Shown: positions 63,758 through 64,000 of the stretch, in pieces
Layout: every line of letters starts with the position of its first letter
Numbering within the stretch: the stretch's first letter is position 1
Origin: Octopus bimaculoides
Lineage: Eukaryota
Reading direction: 5' to 3'
NCBI RefSeq assembly: GCF_001194135.2
Contig: NC_068991.1
Location: forward strand, 53,743 to 117,742
DNA length: 64,000 nt
The notes under the pieces: model-generated
Told to the model about the DNA's origin: nothing
The model's database searches: none
Seen by the model: only the letters and a program-made list of their open reading frames with translations
Position numbers and translations under genes: made by a program

Positions 63758-64000
63758 TAAAATTATTATTATTATCATTGTTTATGCCATATTGTTAAAA
63801 TTCTTGCAGTGAATATAAATAATTCATTTTTCAATTTGATATAAAATAGGCACACACACACACACATACACAGAGACTCACTTATACATGTATAACTATT
63901 TGTACCTCATAAAGCTTGTGGTGATAGGGACACTAAAATATAATGAACTGCTATTCAGCTAAATTTGTATATATATAAACAATTGCAGTGTGGAAGGTGC

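Overview
AT-rich, microsatellite- and retroposon-laden animal genomic DNA with several N gaps. A coleoid cephalopod such as Octopus is inferred from the repeat landscape only. Seven protein genes were reconstructed by hand from GT-AG splice sites with phase-consistent joins: (1) a 3-exon globin with an N-terminal myristoylation/polybasic motif (+, 2329-9620); (2) a 3-exon PMP22/claudin-superfamily tetraspan gene (-, 21830-16953); (3) intronless VIPAS39 (+, 27849-29567); (4) intronless ZWILCH (-, 36090-34282); (5) a 2-exon TEX55-like D/D-domain protein (-, 45288-42874); (6) a 10-exon selenoprotein L gene (-, 61262-48219); and (7) the first coding exon of SEC23 (+, 63536-63756). A Pol III 7SK snRNA gene (-, 38529-38241) with TATA box and T-run terminator is also present. 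The main result is the selenoprotein L gene. It is essentially invisible in the ORF track. It has two in-frame TGA codons forming a U-L-P-U redox motif (55156-55145) in an otherwise intact 320-aa thioredoxin-fold frame, plus a SECIS-pattern hairpin immediately after the stop codon (48212-48140). The remainder is decayed RTE/CR1/R4/Penelope-like retroelements, a mariner fragment, SINEs, MITE-like foldbacks and microsatellites. Family assignments rest on recalled motifs, not database searches, and repeat boundaries are approximate.
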